The position numbers and the translations under genes are program-made. A stretch of 64,000 nt of DNA from Lytechinus pictus. Lineage: Eukaryota. Each line of letters opens with the position of its first letter. The first letter of the stretch is position 1. Location of the stretch: positions 39,434,001 through 39,498,000 of the forward strand of contig NC_087245.1 of assembly GCF_037042905.1 (NCBI RefSeq), read 5' to 3'. Positions 51,524 to 64,000 of this stretch are shown here, in pieces. A model generated the notes under the pieces. That model saw only the letters and a list, made by a program, of their open reading frames with translations, made no database searches and was not told where the DNA came from.

Positions 51524-53055
51524 TTAAGGGGACATTAAAGTTGAGAGAAAATCTTAATAGGACCCATGTACGATCAATACTTGGTTTTTTCACACACATT
51601 TGATCAGCGTAAGATTGATTATATGTCACAGAGCACTAATCATCTTCATTTTCTTGTATGTATAATACACAGTTCAATTCACTATAATTTTGCTGATGTT
51701 TTTATGTGTTGTATGTTATTCATGTATTCCTCTGTAGGGCTGAATGAGGTCCTGTCATTTTTGTTGTTTTTAAAGAAAAAAAATGTACTGTTGAATGCTC
51801 TTTGATGCTTCGTTATATGATTTCTTGTCTGATAACCAACTCTGGCATGGCTGATATGTTGCCAAGTTGGGGGTTCACCCCCCCCCCCTCATTATTTTTT
51901 GAAAACCTTTATTTTTTTGCTTGTCAATTTTTTTTTTACGAATTGGCTTGTCAAAATTTTCATTCAAATCAACCCCCCCTTCCAAATATCCTGCCTAGGT
52001 AGTGAAAGTAGCCCCTGAAAAATATTTTGCCTGGAATCAAGACCAGGTGAGAATTTCATGAAAGGACTTGTCAGACGTTTTATCTAACAAGTCCTGTTTT
52101 ATCCGACAGTAACTATGGTAACAGTGCCTCTCAGCCAATCATAATCAAGGAAACTTGTCAGACCTGACAACCTGTCTGACGAAAATGTTGATGAAACCCT
52201 CCCCTGATACAAAATTATACAATGTCTCTGTCATCTGTAAGAGTTGTTTATATAGAGGGGAGGGTCTCCGATATTTAAAACCAAAGGATTTAAAGCAGCG
52301 TCACCCATGAGTGCATAATATTTTTTCCCAGTAGAATGTTTTCATTTTTTTTACTGTATAAATTTGTATGGGAAGTGTGATAAAAGATATTCAGAGCTTT
52401 CAAATTGTTTGCATATTTAGATTTTTTTTTTTTATAAGTCAATTGCATGGTTCTACTCTTCAAATGCCCGTACTTTCATATTATTCCCCCCCCCAAAAAA
52501 AAAACCCCATGTATTTCTTAATTGTATGCTTAACAGCACAGAGCCGAAGCTTAAGGGGAACCCCCCCCCCCCCACGTACAAGTGTTTATGTTATGTTTGA
52601 TATGTTATGAGCTCTTTAACAGTGTTATATATTTTTTTAAGAATGATCTGCCTTGCTTGGTGAATGTTCCCAATATTGATGTCATCTTTTAGGTACATTT
52701 ATGCACTACCAGTAATATTGTTGTACAAAGATTGTAATGATGCTTTAATCTTCATGTCCCTCAAATGTAAACTGCTATAGGACTTCCATTTCTTAACAGA
52801 GGACTTGCCTATAAATTCAGAACTTTGTATTTTTGAGACATTGGAACACGAAAACCTTCCTAACGTAGCAAAAAGTATTTGATGAAATTTTAATAGTATT
52901 GTAGTTCATTCTCATTTAAATGGTTAAAAGTCTAAGTCCCTCAACAAAAAGTTTTCCCCTTTGAGATCTTTGTCACTGTGTAAGTTTCTGGGGGGGTTGT
53001 GTTGTTTTTTTAGTATCCAAAAAGAAAAACACTGTATTTTATTATGTTTGGTGGT

Positions 53056-54004
53056 TTTTTGTCTCACCTGCATAGCAGAGTGAGACTATAGGCGCCGCTT
53101 TTCCGACGGCGGCGGCGGCGTCAACACCAAATCTTAACCTGAGGTTAAGTTTTTGAAATGACAGCATAACTTAGAAAGTATATGGACCTAGTTCATGAAA
53201 CTTGGCCATAAGGTTAATCAAGTATTACTGAACATCCTGCCTGAGTTTCATGTCACATGACCAAGGTCAAAGGTCATTTAGGGTCAATGAACTTAGACCA
53301 TGTTGGGGGAATCAACATCAAAATCTTAACCTAAGGTTAAGTTTTTGAAATGTCATCATAACTTAGAAAATATATGGACCTAGTTCATGAAACTTATACA
53401 TAAGGTTAATCAAGTATCACTGAACATCCTGCATGAGTTTCACGTCACATGACCAAGGTCAAAGGTCATTTAGGGTCAATGAACTTTGGCCGAATTGGGG
53501 GTATCTGTTGAATTACCATCATAACTTTGAAAGTTTATGGATCTGATTCATGAAACTTGGACATAATAGTAATCAAGTATTACTGAACATCCCGTGCAAG
53601 TTTCAGGTCACATGATCAAGGTCAAAGGTCATTTAGGGTCAATGAACTTTGGCCAAATTGGGGTATTTGTTGAATTACAGCCATAAATTTGAAAGTGTGT
53701 TGGTCTACGGTAGTTCATAAAACTTGGACATAATAGTAATCAAGTATCACTGAACATCCTGTGCGAGTTTCAGGTCACATGATCAAGGTCAAAGGTCATG
53801 TAAGGTCAAAGAACTTTGGCCACGTTGGGGGTATTTGTTGAATTGCCATCATATCTCTATAAGTGTATTGGTCTAGTTCATAAAACGTGGAAATAAGAGT
53901 ATCACTGAACATCTTGTGCGAGTTATAGTAGTTTTCAAAATCAGCACTGCTGCTATATTGAATCGCGTGATGCAGGTGAGACGGCCAGAGGCATTCCACT
54001 TGTT
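53056..54004 (+). mobile_element. Helentron-associated element, copy 3
   Basis: Near-identical to copies 1 and 2, with a shorter GGC run, a 4-bp insertion near 53708 and an 8-bp deletion near 53900. Confidence 0.85.
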
Positions 54005-56339
54005 TTTATAACTTTAGTATGTATTTTATCATCTGAAATTTCATGTGAGGGCTCTTAGAGATACATACCAATATGCATCATCTCTTTACTTTTAGAATTC
54101 AATGAATTTTGAAAAGGAGCATTCATCCAATCACTCTCACAACTGAAATGAGTTAAAGAATAAAAGCAACATGTTTTTCAAAATAAATACAGCTTGTTTC
54201 CATTTGTTTACATTTGTATAGAAATCTTTATTGCAAAAAATACAATTACAACACTGCATGTGATAAAAGATCCTTATGCAAGACATTATGTAGAGGCCCC
54301 ACCACTGAAAATGATTATTATCATTTGTGCTACCTGCTATACTGAATTTGATTGATACATCATAATTGAAAACGTTGATGGGTCAAATATACCTTTGGCG
54401 AGGTTACTTCTGCTGTAATCTGGCCGATTGGATTGAATATGGTTGATTCAGCAAGAATATGAATTAATTGAAATATATGCATTCCTCACCTTGGCAATGG
54501 GGAGTTGTTGCTCCACAATCCTCAACGGATTCTAGAACAGAGAAAATGTATTGTCAAATGCCCTTTGTGACAATGAACAAACAAGAAGTCTGTCTGAAAT
54601 TAGTGAATCAAAATGGTAGTTTCGCCCCAGACTCTTGACAAACGATTAATTGAAATTTTCCGTCGGCTCCAAAACTTAAGGACAGAACTGCTGTTCCTGT
54701 TCTCCAATTTTCAACAAACACCTGACCCAACAGCTGTTCTTTGTCACTTGACAGACATTTTCAATACATATTCTGTGTTCTTGAGTCTGTTGCACATCGT
54801 GGAGCAAAAAACTTTCATGATAAAACAAGATCCAGAATATTTTTTAATGGACAAGAAGAAGATCATACTTCAACTCCATCCCGGAAGCAATGGGTAATGT
54901 TCAACAGTTCAGACATGCAAAGTCTCACATATGATGCACAAGACTACCGGATTAGGGACTCTTGCTTATCCCCTCAAATATGTATCACATCCTATCCCCA
55001 TATAAATTAATACTAATAATAATAGGCATTTATATGGCGCCATCTATCTGGAAATATTCTATTCCGAGGCGCACAATAAAAAAAAGAATGAGAAAGTTTG
55101 GACGAGTGTCAAAGTGCCAATAACTAAAGTTAGAAAAATAAGACTTCAGTTTAGATTTGAAGGTCTCCAGTGATGGTATAATTCTTACATTCAACGGCAA
55201 ATTATTCCAGAGGGAAGGTGCTGAGGCAGAGAAAGCTCGCGTACCATATGCTACACGTGTCTTGGGAAGACTGGGGGGGCTGAATCAGCCCCCCCCCCCC
55301 TCTAAATTTTTCATGATAAATCCGCCGCGCAGATTTTTTTGATCGCGTCATTTGCTGACTTTTTACTTTCAAGTCTTGCGCAACTTTTGATTCCAAAATT
55401 GTGACACGCGGTTCCGAAATTACGCAGCATTTTGTAAGTGCATGCAGACCCAAAATTACTCAAAAACGTGAATTTGTGTACAAATCCAATGCAAATAGTG
55501 TTAGCCAAAATTCATCAATTATTTTCCCTTTTACTGATTAAAATCAATTCCATCTTGTTTATGGTCAAAATAAAAACCTTGTTAATTTTCATTGAAAAAA
55601 CAATAAAAAAGAAATACATAAGAAATGTAGAAAACAATAAAATACATAAGAAAATAAAGGTGATGCTGAAATTTTGTACATTTGATCAAATCCCTATAAA
55701 GAGTCCGTGTACCAAAAATTAGCATTTTAGGGGTATTATTTAGTTAATTAGAGCAAACTTGATTTTATGCATAAATTAGCATAATTTATTAGCAATGAGA
55801 TTTTTGGCAGAATTTGATTTTATAGTCTTGGAGATTATGCCATGGGTAACGCACGTGCCAATTTTCGTCGCAATCACGCGATATACAGCCGAGATCATAA
55901 GGTGGGGGGCTGAATCAGTCCCCCCCCCCCCCTCAGTCTTCTTAGGCGTCAAAAGTAGCCCAGTCTATTTAGGGTTAAGAAGTTGCTGGTGTGATGATCT
56001 TGGGCTACGAGCTGGTGTGAGTCAGAAAATTTCTGGCATAGCTGGTCTTTGAACTTGATATCTCTGAACGGATGTCAACAGCTATTGCAACAGTCTCAAA
56101 ATTGGATTCAAACACTGCCCAAAGAAATGACAAGTCATTGCAAACACAAGTTCCAATTGATTCTGGGAGAAAATTACTAATTTCCAAGAAATAAGCAAAA
56201 TATAAGATGTTCCCTCATGTGCTTAACAGTGTTTGGATTTTCAGTGTGCTCGCTATTCAGCTTTATAGATTGGATTAAAAAATCTGGTTTACCCAATTAT
56301 CCAAATCTATGTGAAACTATTGCATTCTGCAACTACATG

Positions 56340-56661
56340 GCCGGGTATTCTGAAGTCGGGTTTAACTTAAACTCAGGTTCAAAGTTGTGGTTTAAGTATG
56401 GATAGCCAATTGTTACATAAATCACTAATAGAAGACATAAAGTTGTATGTTTCTTATGTTTACTGTGCTCTTTCCTGATTAATCGATGGTGAAGACAATC
56501 ATCTATTTATACTTCCTAGACAATTATGAATGATATGAGAGCCAAATGAGATGAAATATGATATCTGTTAGTGTTAGTGATTTATATAACAATTGGCTAT
56601 CCATACTTAAACCACAAGTTTAAACCTGAGTTTAAGTTAAACCCAACTCCAGAATACGGGC
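56340..56661. mobile_element. Palindromic MITE
   Basis: GTATTCTGAAGTCGGGTTTAACTTAAACTCAGG...CCTGAGTTTAAGTTAAACCCAACTCCAGAATAC. Confidence 0.75.
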
Positions 56662-56967
56662 TCATGAGTTTAGTTGAGTCATTAATTTGTGAATCTTCAA
56701 CGGCTTGATTTTTATCGAGTGGAATCAGTGTAACTTTCATGCAAGCAAACCTCATATAATTTGAACCATGGAAGCATTTTATATTAAACCAGTTTCACGT
56801 TAACAGCATCACAAATGGCTGGTCTTCACAAATAGACCAATTCGTAGTTACTTCATGGACAATTTTGGTCAAATGACCTTTCATTTCTTTCATTATGATA
56901 GGCAGATTTCAAAGCAAAATATTACGTGAGCTTGCCTTACATAGCAGGATGAAGAAATTGAATAGAC

Positions 56968-57140
56968 CAGGGGAGCGTTTCATGAAAGTTGTCAGCACTG
57001 ACAAGTTGGCTTTCTCCGACAGTTACCATAGTAACAGTCAGAGGCAAGTGCCTCACAGCCAATCAAACCAAGGATTTCACTGAAATTGTCAGCACTGACA
57101 ATTTAGTCAGTGCTGACAACTTTCATGAAACACCCCCCAG
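56968..57140. mobile_element. Short Harbinger-like MITE (GGGGAGCGTTTCATGAA family)
   Basis: CAG|GGGAGCGTTTCATGAAAG...CTTTCATGAAACACCCCC|CAG. Relatives at about 15838, 16620-16712, 50685-50818, 52044-52206, 62146-62308 and 62505-62630. Confidence 0.7.
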
Positions 57141-57540
57141 GTGACTAGAATAGCACACCAATGAACACTTTATGAAGGTATTTGTTGCATTCCTACTTTG
57201 AATGCATATCATAGCATGTTGCACAATGTTCTTGGCAAACTGTGAAATACCAGTCGTTCGTGGACGCATTGTTGTTTTTTGTGGATGTAAATGAAAACCA
57301 CAATTCAAAAGAATATATGAATAATCAAGACATCAAAGTTGGTGCTTATCTCATTAGATTTTAAACCACCATCTCACTTTAGTACAAATGACCTTCCTCT
57401 GATCATGCGTAGAATCTTTTGATCATGCGCAGAAAGGAACTTCGAACTGGCTTATTCCTTGTATTCTCATGAAGTCCTGGCGATGTTTTTACGGAAAGCC
57501 ATTTGAATAAGAAGATGTGCGCCTTCCTATGATGAAAGCA

Positions 57541-57699
57541 TCATGAACGGCTTGTCTTCAAGAACCTCTCATATTCTCCGAGTGAAGTCCTAGCGATGTC
57601 TTTGCAGAAGGCCTCATCAGGTAGTTTGAACATGGACATCAGCGGAACATAACCAGGCTCTTTGGGATCATACTTGTTCCGTCCTAGCAATGTCAGATA
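57541..57699 (-). CDS. MTERF3: MTERF3, last exon
   Basis: YLTLLGRNKYDPKEPGYVPLMSMFKLPDEAFCKDIARTSLGEYERFLKTSRS-stop matches the MTERF3 C-terminus (LGRAQYDPxxPNY...DEIFC...FLKTL). TCTCCTAG acceptor. Confidence 0.92.
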   Translation of the reverse strand, partial: YLTLLGRNKYDPKEPGYVPLMSMFKLPDEAFCKDIARTSLGEYERFLKTSRS

Positions 57700-59032
57700 C
57701 TAGGAGAAAGATTCAAGAGAAAGGAAACTACATCAAAATCAACTACAAAACCCTACCTAACCCCAATACAACACAAAAATCCTCCATAAGTTGCAAATAT
57801 CAAACAGCAATTCTGATTGGTTGATATTCATGTAATTTTACCAAGGTAAATTGTTCAAATGAAAAATATTTCATATTATATTGGATGGCTCAGAATGGAA
57901 TACCAGAAATATTCCAAGAGTTTGGGAAAATATTCCACAAATTGCAAATAAGTGGAATACTGTCCCTAACGTGTGGAATATTTCTGGTATTTCATGAAAT
58001 AATGCCATCCAATATAATTATCATCTATACAACCCCCCCCCCCCCAAAAAAAAAAGAGGGAGAAATTTGATATAACAAAGTTATATCACTTATCACATTA
58101 TGGCATCACTTTATAAGGATCAATTTTGGTCATTGACATGCGACTTACATGTACATGTAGTTCATTATGACGTCATTGAGATCTATGCTGCGCATCGCAT
58201 TGCTTTCACTGTTGTATGCATTGTATATTTGTGTGAAAGACTGTTGAATATGGTCTCGTACTCAACAGTAAATTTTGTACAGGAGCCTATGGATTTCGGT
58301 CATTTTAGGGATACGCTCTGATACTGCACAGGCAACTGATGCAGACCAAAATGTGCATTTTAAATGTATGGCTAAAACGCACTATATAGATGATAATTAG
58401 TTCTGTTGAATCCAAAAATAAAAGTAATATGGAAAGACCAGAGGTGGGAAGCTCTAATGGCTTGAAGGGCCCTTACCAAAAACTCTGTCCTTGATTGCAA
58501 AGAAAATTGACACGTACATCACCAATGATGTTATCTACAAAATGTATGATTGATTGTTTGAAAATTATCAAAATTAATTTTCAATAAATTGATTCTGCTA
58601 ATTTATGCAGGAAATAAGAATTTGGCTGTAAACCTATGAATAAATTCCTTGAAGCTGAAATCTTTGGTTTGGAAAAGACTCTTGGTATTCTTATTAATGT
58701 CAAAAAATAATAAGTAACAAAATAATAATCATCCATTTTATAGGGGCCTTTTATGTACATTTTTTTTTGTTTTTCAACTTTTTCTGTTTCTGTTTTTATC
58801 TTGATTTTTATTCACATTTATCTAACAATAAACACCATGAAATACATTCATTTGGTAGCAAAAGTTGTGCAAGACTTGAAAAAGGAAAAGCATAAAATGA
58901 GGAGACACAATCCTTCACACAGTGTTTTTATTGCCAAAAATGTTAAGGGGCTTTTTAGGCCACCAGAGTAAGGGTTAAACAAGTCCTCCAAATAAAGTCT
59001 TCACCTATGAGTCAGAGGAATAAGAACACTAC

Positions 59033-59157
59033 CTTGTGTCGATCCTTGACCCTGTTAACCTGGCCGAGGAAGATTTCTGGTGACTTTAGAAACGTCTTGT
59101 GTGGGATCTCCAAGACGTTGTGGAGGTAGTCAAAAGTTGAAATCAAACGATGTTTAC
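59033..59157 (-). CDS. MTERF3: MTERF3 exon
   Basis: (G)KHRLISTFDYLHNVLEIPHKTFLKSPEIFLGQVNRVKDRHK. CAG/GT boundaries, phase 1 to 0. Confidence 0.9.
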
Positions 59158-60435
59158 CTGTGAGGTCACAAAAATGTGCGATACTTTGTACGATTTTAGA
59201 ATTCCTTTCCACCATTTAGAAACATCTTATTTACATTTTCATTCGTGTTCACTACTTTATCAGATAATTTCCAACTTACATGTAACTGATAAATATTTCA
59301 GTATTGCAAAAAAAGAATTCCTTGACAGCATCACAGCAAAGAACACCTACGGTACTGATTATCCAAGTGTACATAAGTATGGTACCCTAAATGGGTACCC
59401 GGTAGGATGCGAAAGATATTTTATGTTTGAATTTGCCAGCGCCATAATGAGGCTGTGATGAATGCAAGGAATGCTCCCCAGGGAGTGGAAATTGTGCATT
59501 TTTCGGGCAGGATTGAAATGAATCCAATGACCGAGGTAATAATATGCCGTAAAGCGCTTGGAGCCATTATGGGAAAAGCACTCTATAAAAATGGGCTATT
59601 ATTATTATCAAAATATTTGAGAGAGTACTCTTTCACATAGCATATGATAATTATGTGTTCATGAATTATTTTTTTCCATTTTTTTTACTCACAAAGTAGA
59701 GCAAAGCGTCTTGCATGTGATGACCTTATCCGGTCAATATTGTCCATGTTTTTTTACCTCATCGGTAAAAATTTAGTACAGTTATTACCTAGAGTTATCT
59801 AGGGAATGGGGCTAAATGGATAAAATTGTAAATGACTGAACAGTCTCCACTCCCTGGGGAGAAATTCACGCAAAAGAAGGGCTAAAACAAAAAACAGTAC
59901 CAGAAACTATGATTACAATAGCCTCAAAGAAACTGTTTCAAAGCAACTGGAAAAGTTTTATTATTTCATAGATCCCAATTGAAGCTAAAAAGGGAATTGA
60001 CCTACTTATAAACCCTCTACGCAACTATGTACCACAATGCAAGTTTTCTAAATATTCAATGTTTGCAAGCTGAGCATTTTACCTCAAAATTCAAATTAGC
60101 AGGTTTCAAGAATAGGCCTTATTGTGCTTGTCAACCGCCTAAATACTTTGTTAGGAGAGCTGTATTTCCATTAAAAAAAAATATATATATTGGCTGGCAA
60201 GCATTAAAAGTGCATAGAGATTCTATTTTTGTGTTTTGCAGCTTTCACGTTTTTGATTGATTTATGAATTGCCATTTTAACTTCTTGCTTCAGTTGGGAT
60301 TGGGGAATTTATTGAATTGAGAAGAAATTAGCTCACTTGGCGGTATGCAAGTCATGCAACTAACACGCTAGTGGTGACCATGTCTTGGGTGTCAAATCAG
60401 ATTCTCATTCCCTTTGATTCTCATCCACTTCAGTT

Positions 60436-60690
60436 CAGGGGCGGATCCAGGATTTTCCAAAGGGGGGGGGGGGGGGCAAATATTTTGGAAAAAAATTTTG
60501 ACAAGCCAAAAAAAAAACGGGTTTCCAACCACAAATTAAGGATATTTCGTACCCGAAAAAATTTTGACAAAAAAAGGTCTTCTTTTTCAAAAGAGGGGGC
60601 ACACCTCGTTTTGAATGGCATTTTTACATTACAAATTTTAATTTTTGCTTCTCAAAGGGGGGGGGGGGGTCCCCCCTGGATCCGCGCCTG
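60436..60690. mobile_element. MITE with 8-bp TSD
   Basis: CTTCAGTT|CAGGGGCGGATCCAGG...CCTGGATCCGCGCCTG|CTTCAGTT. Confidence 0.85.
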
Positions 60691-61367
60691 CTTCAGTTGA
60701 AATCCAAACTTTGTAAATAAGAAAACTAGTAAAGTGCAAAGTTTAAATTTTCTCAAAATTTGGTGAATGAAAATGTACTCCAAGTGTGTAAAAAGTCAAA
60801 CTTGGGGGTTTCTCATTTAACACAAATGCTATTACAACAGCTGTTTGTAACCTATCAAAGTTACACACCAGATTTTCATTTGTGTTGATATAGTTCCAAA
60901 GAAATGATCCCCAGTCATTCACAACGTTGCTCATAACTTTAACAGCTTTATTAAACGGCCACCACACCACAAATGTAAGCAATTACCGGGTAATCATATG
61001 TTTGATTTTTATGATTGTACATTGTAGTCAACTGATGGAATCAAGATCCGTAACAAAATCTTCTGTGATGATTGTTAAGCTTTGTGTTACGGGCCTCAAG
61101 GTCAGCAGTCATTCATAACATACAGACAGCATTATTAAACACCACCAGGTGGCCGTTTCATAAAGCTGTTCGTAAGTGAAGAGCGACCTTAAGAAAGACT
61201 GGTGAACCTTTCTTTCGCACTAAATAATCACCAATGAACATTTAATGGTGAATATCATATACCACAAGAAAGGATCACTAATCGTTCTTAAGTCACTCTA
61301 AACTTAAGAACAGCCTTGTGAAAATGCCCCCCTCCTCTGTATCAACAATATAAGCCTTCAAACATAC

Positions 61368-61488
61368 CTCTGAGCATCATTGCTGGTTCTTTGAGGACCA
61401 TGGAGCGTAAAGCAACCTTACTGAAACCACACTGGAACTCTAGGACAAACAAATTCTCCTTCGGTCTTGAAACTTTCATGGTGACCAG
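61368..61488 (-). CDS. MTERF3: MTERF3 exon
   Basis: LVTMKVSRPKENLFVLEFQCGFSKVALRSMVLKEPAMMLR. TTTTAG acceptor and GTATGT donor, phase 0 to 1. Confidence 0.88.
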
Positions 61489-62800
61489 CTAAAAGCATAA
61501 AAATAAATAAAAAAAAAAAAAGCTAAAGCAATGGATGCATTGTCCAAATGCTCATCCTATGATTACTGCCACAAGATGGAAAACTCTTGAAAAATCACAT
61601 TTGTAATGGTGTTTGAATATCCACAAAGGTCATAGGGATATCCATGGAACTAGCAGAGATGAGATAATTCAGGGAGGGATGCTAAATTCTACCCAACAGT
61701 GGGAAATCCCTCCCCGCCCCCAGCAAAAGAAATGAAATAAAAAATGAATCAACCCTGTTAAAACAATTACAGAAGATTTGATTGGGGAAAAGTACATAGA
61801 GGGAAGAAAGACAAATCTATATTGTTTCATAGAAGCTAGTGAGAACAACACATTAATGTCTACTCTCATAGTTAAGCCAAGAACAAAGCACATAAAATCA
61901 GAAATAAAGCACTTTGAATCGGTCTTGGATGAGGTACAATGATAACTGGATGTAAAGGCAAATCTTCCTCACTCAAATCTCAAGAAACCGCAGAAATCTT
62001 TTTGACTTAAATTGGTGAATTTTGTTGTTACATTTTGAAATAAAAAACACATTTTTCTTTTAGGCTTATATATTCTGGTCCCTGTTTTATAAAGGCCAAT
62101 GGCCAATCAAGATCATTGTTGAAAGTACTTGCTCAAAACACTGACCAGGGGAGCGTTTCATGAAAGGGTTTGTCTGACATTTTATCTGACAAATCCTGTT
62201 CTATCCAACAGTTACCACAGTAACAGTGTTCCTCAGCCAATCAAAATCAAGGAAAGTTGTCAGATCTGACACCTTGTCGGACAAAAATGTTGATGAAACG
62301 CTCCTCAGGAATAAATCACAGAGATTCTTTCATATTTCATCCAAAACCTTTACGTCACCAGGCGCATATCCAGCATCAGATCCTACATAGCATTTCATGG
62401 GCCCAATTGTCTGGGGACAAAAGTGACTCTATCATGCTTGTGCACGGGCCCATACATTTCTTTGTCGTAGTTGATGCTGGATACACTATTGGTCATGGGG
62501 CTCTGGGGAGCGTTTCATCAACATTTATGTCCGACAAGTTGTCAGATCTGACAACTTTCCCTGATTCTGACTGGCTGAGAGGACTGTTGCTATGGTAATT
62601 GTCTGATAAAATCCTTTCATGAAACACTCTGATCTTTCAAGTTGCCTGACTTACATTGAGGTTAACTGTACTGTACACGTTTAAAGTCTAAGGATGCTCT
62701 GGAAAATGCAAAAGAGGGGATGGGGGAGGGGTCATCATTACACCCCACCCCTCAATAGATTCATCAAAATAATAGATTACAATACTGCAATGCAACTAAC

Positions 62801-62893
62801 CTTGGGACACCTGGTGATAATCTCTCTGACTTTGGAATCAGAAAAACTTAAAAGCTGCTGAAAGTAACCTAGTTTGTTGTCAATCCTCTCCAC
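62801..62893 (-). CDS. MTERF3: MTERF3 exon
   Basis: VERIDNKLGYFQQLLSFSDSKVREIITRCPK. 93 nt, AAG acceptor and GTTAGT donor. Confidence 0.9.
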
Positions 62894-62958
62894 CTTCAAA
62901 AAAAATATAAAAAGAAAGACATATCAAAATTAAATTACAACATAAAAGAGAGAGAGAG

Positions 62959-63430
62959 AACTAGAAATTTGACGTGTCCAAAGGACACAGACGCCCCCGC
63001 TTAACGCGATCAGAAATTAATTCAATATGATTAAACTTAATATCGTGCAGAAACCAATATAATTTAAACCTTTGAACCAAATCGCACATTTAATGAGCTG
63101 TGACCTTTGACCTGCGGACTCCGAATTCAAACTTAGCCTGTATTTTGGTGTCATCTACCTACACACCCAAATTTTTTAAATTCCATTAAATATTTTTCGA
63201 GTTATTGCGCGGAAACCAACTCGCATATTTTATGAGCTGTGACCTTTGACCCCTGGACTCCGAATTCGAACTTAGCCTGTATTTTGGTGTCATCTACCTA
63301 CACACCAATATTTTTTTAAATCCAATCCATTAAACATTTTTTGGGTTATTGCGCGGAAACCAAGTGGGGGGACGGACGGACAAGGGCAATGCTTAGTGCC
63401 CCCATCGGACTTCGTTTGCGGGGGCATAAA
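62959..63430 (-). mobile_element. Second family of Helentron-associated element
   Basis: Sub-TIRs GCCCCCGC / GCGGGGGC, a (GACG)n microsatellite, a terminal hairpin and two ~138-bp units containing TGACCTTTGACC. The end is AACTAG. Confidence 0.7.
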
Positions 63431-63795
63431 AAAGGTCAAGGCATGTACATGTATTCTTTTATTGAGTATATTTGATTCACTGACAGAGATTCAAGTAGCA
63501 AACCAATCATTCAACAGAGAGAGAGAGAGGAGGGGGGGGTCTATGTGTCAACCCCCCCCCACACACACACACACAAAATTGAACAGCATGAAGTGACAAA
63601 TAGCCGCCTGTGATAGGATAGTATCCCAATTTTTTGTTTAATTAAAGAATAATTATTGCATAGTAATGCATGTTACAGAACTCTCCACTGTAAAGTAAAT
63701 GAAAATCATTCTTTCTGATAAATGAATTTCTTTGAAATGAAAGTTAAACTTAAAGAGGAACAGATGAATTCAAGTATATATAGTTTTATACTCAC

Positions 63796-64000
63796 AGAGA
63801 AATTAAGGAAGTAAGGGGCACGACAAACAATCTGGGAAATGGCAGTCTCAGAAAACCCTTTTTGATGCAAATAATGTACCCTGGCTTCTAGATTCCGCAC
63901 ATCTTCACCAAGAATGAAAGGGTTCTTGGTGACAAAAGATCCTAGTTGCTCTCCTGGGACTCCCGTGTGATGTAAAAATGATAGCTTGTCCTTTATGTCT
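63796..64000 (-). CDS. MTERF3: MTERF3 exon, truncated by the window end
   Basis: ...LGSFVTKNPFILGEDVRNLEARVHYLHQKGFSETAISQIVCRAPYFLNFS followed by a GTGAGT donor. mTERF repeat motif. Confidence 0.92.

Noticed and set aside
54613..55010. Two short plus-strand ORFs
   Set aside because: No motif or splice support, and the minus-strand frames contain stops.

Overview
AT-rich, repeat-dense metazoan DNA with spliceosomal introns. The repeat families look sea-urchin-like, but that is an inference. Three protein-coding genes can be rebuilt with GT-AG boundaries and matching exon phases. (1) The mitochondrial NAD+ carrier SLC25A51/52 (MCART1) on the minus strand, 3 coding exons, about 344 aa. (2) A plus-strand Arg/Ser-rich gene (30915-49791, about 617-622 aa) carrying a Transformer/Feminizer CAM-like motif, a THRAP3/BCLAF1-like DLRLD motif and a Btz-like HDDR...WKHDKF C-terminus. 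(3) The 3' five exons of MTERF3 on the minus strand. The most interesting signal is in the 12-kb intron of the RS gene. An in-frame 15-nt microexon has a donor (GTAAGT) that supplies a stop codon if read through, and it is followed by about 6.6 kb of purine-rich, stop-riddled exon-like sequence. This resembles the tra/fem or SR-protein on/off splicing switch. Much of the rest is non-autonomous DNA transposons with readable TIRs and TSDs. These include a nest of four elements at 22.2-28.7 kb and three near-identical Helentron-type elements loaded with perfect DR1 nuclear-receptor motifs. tRNA-derived SINEs are also present.
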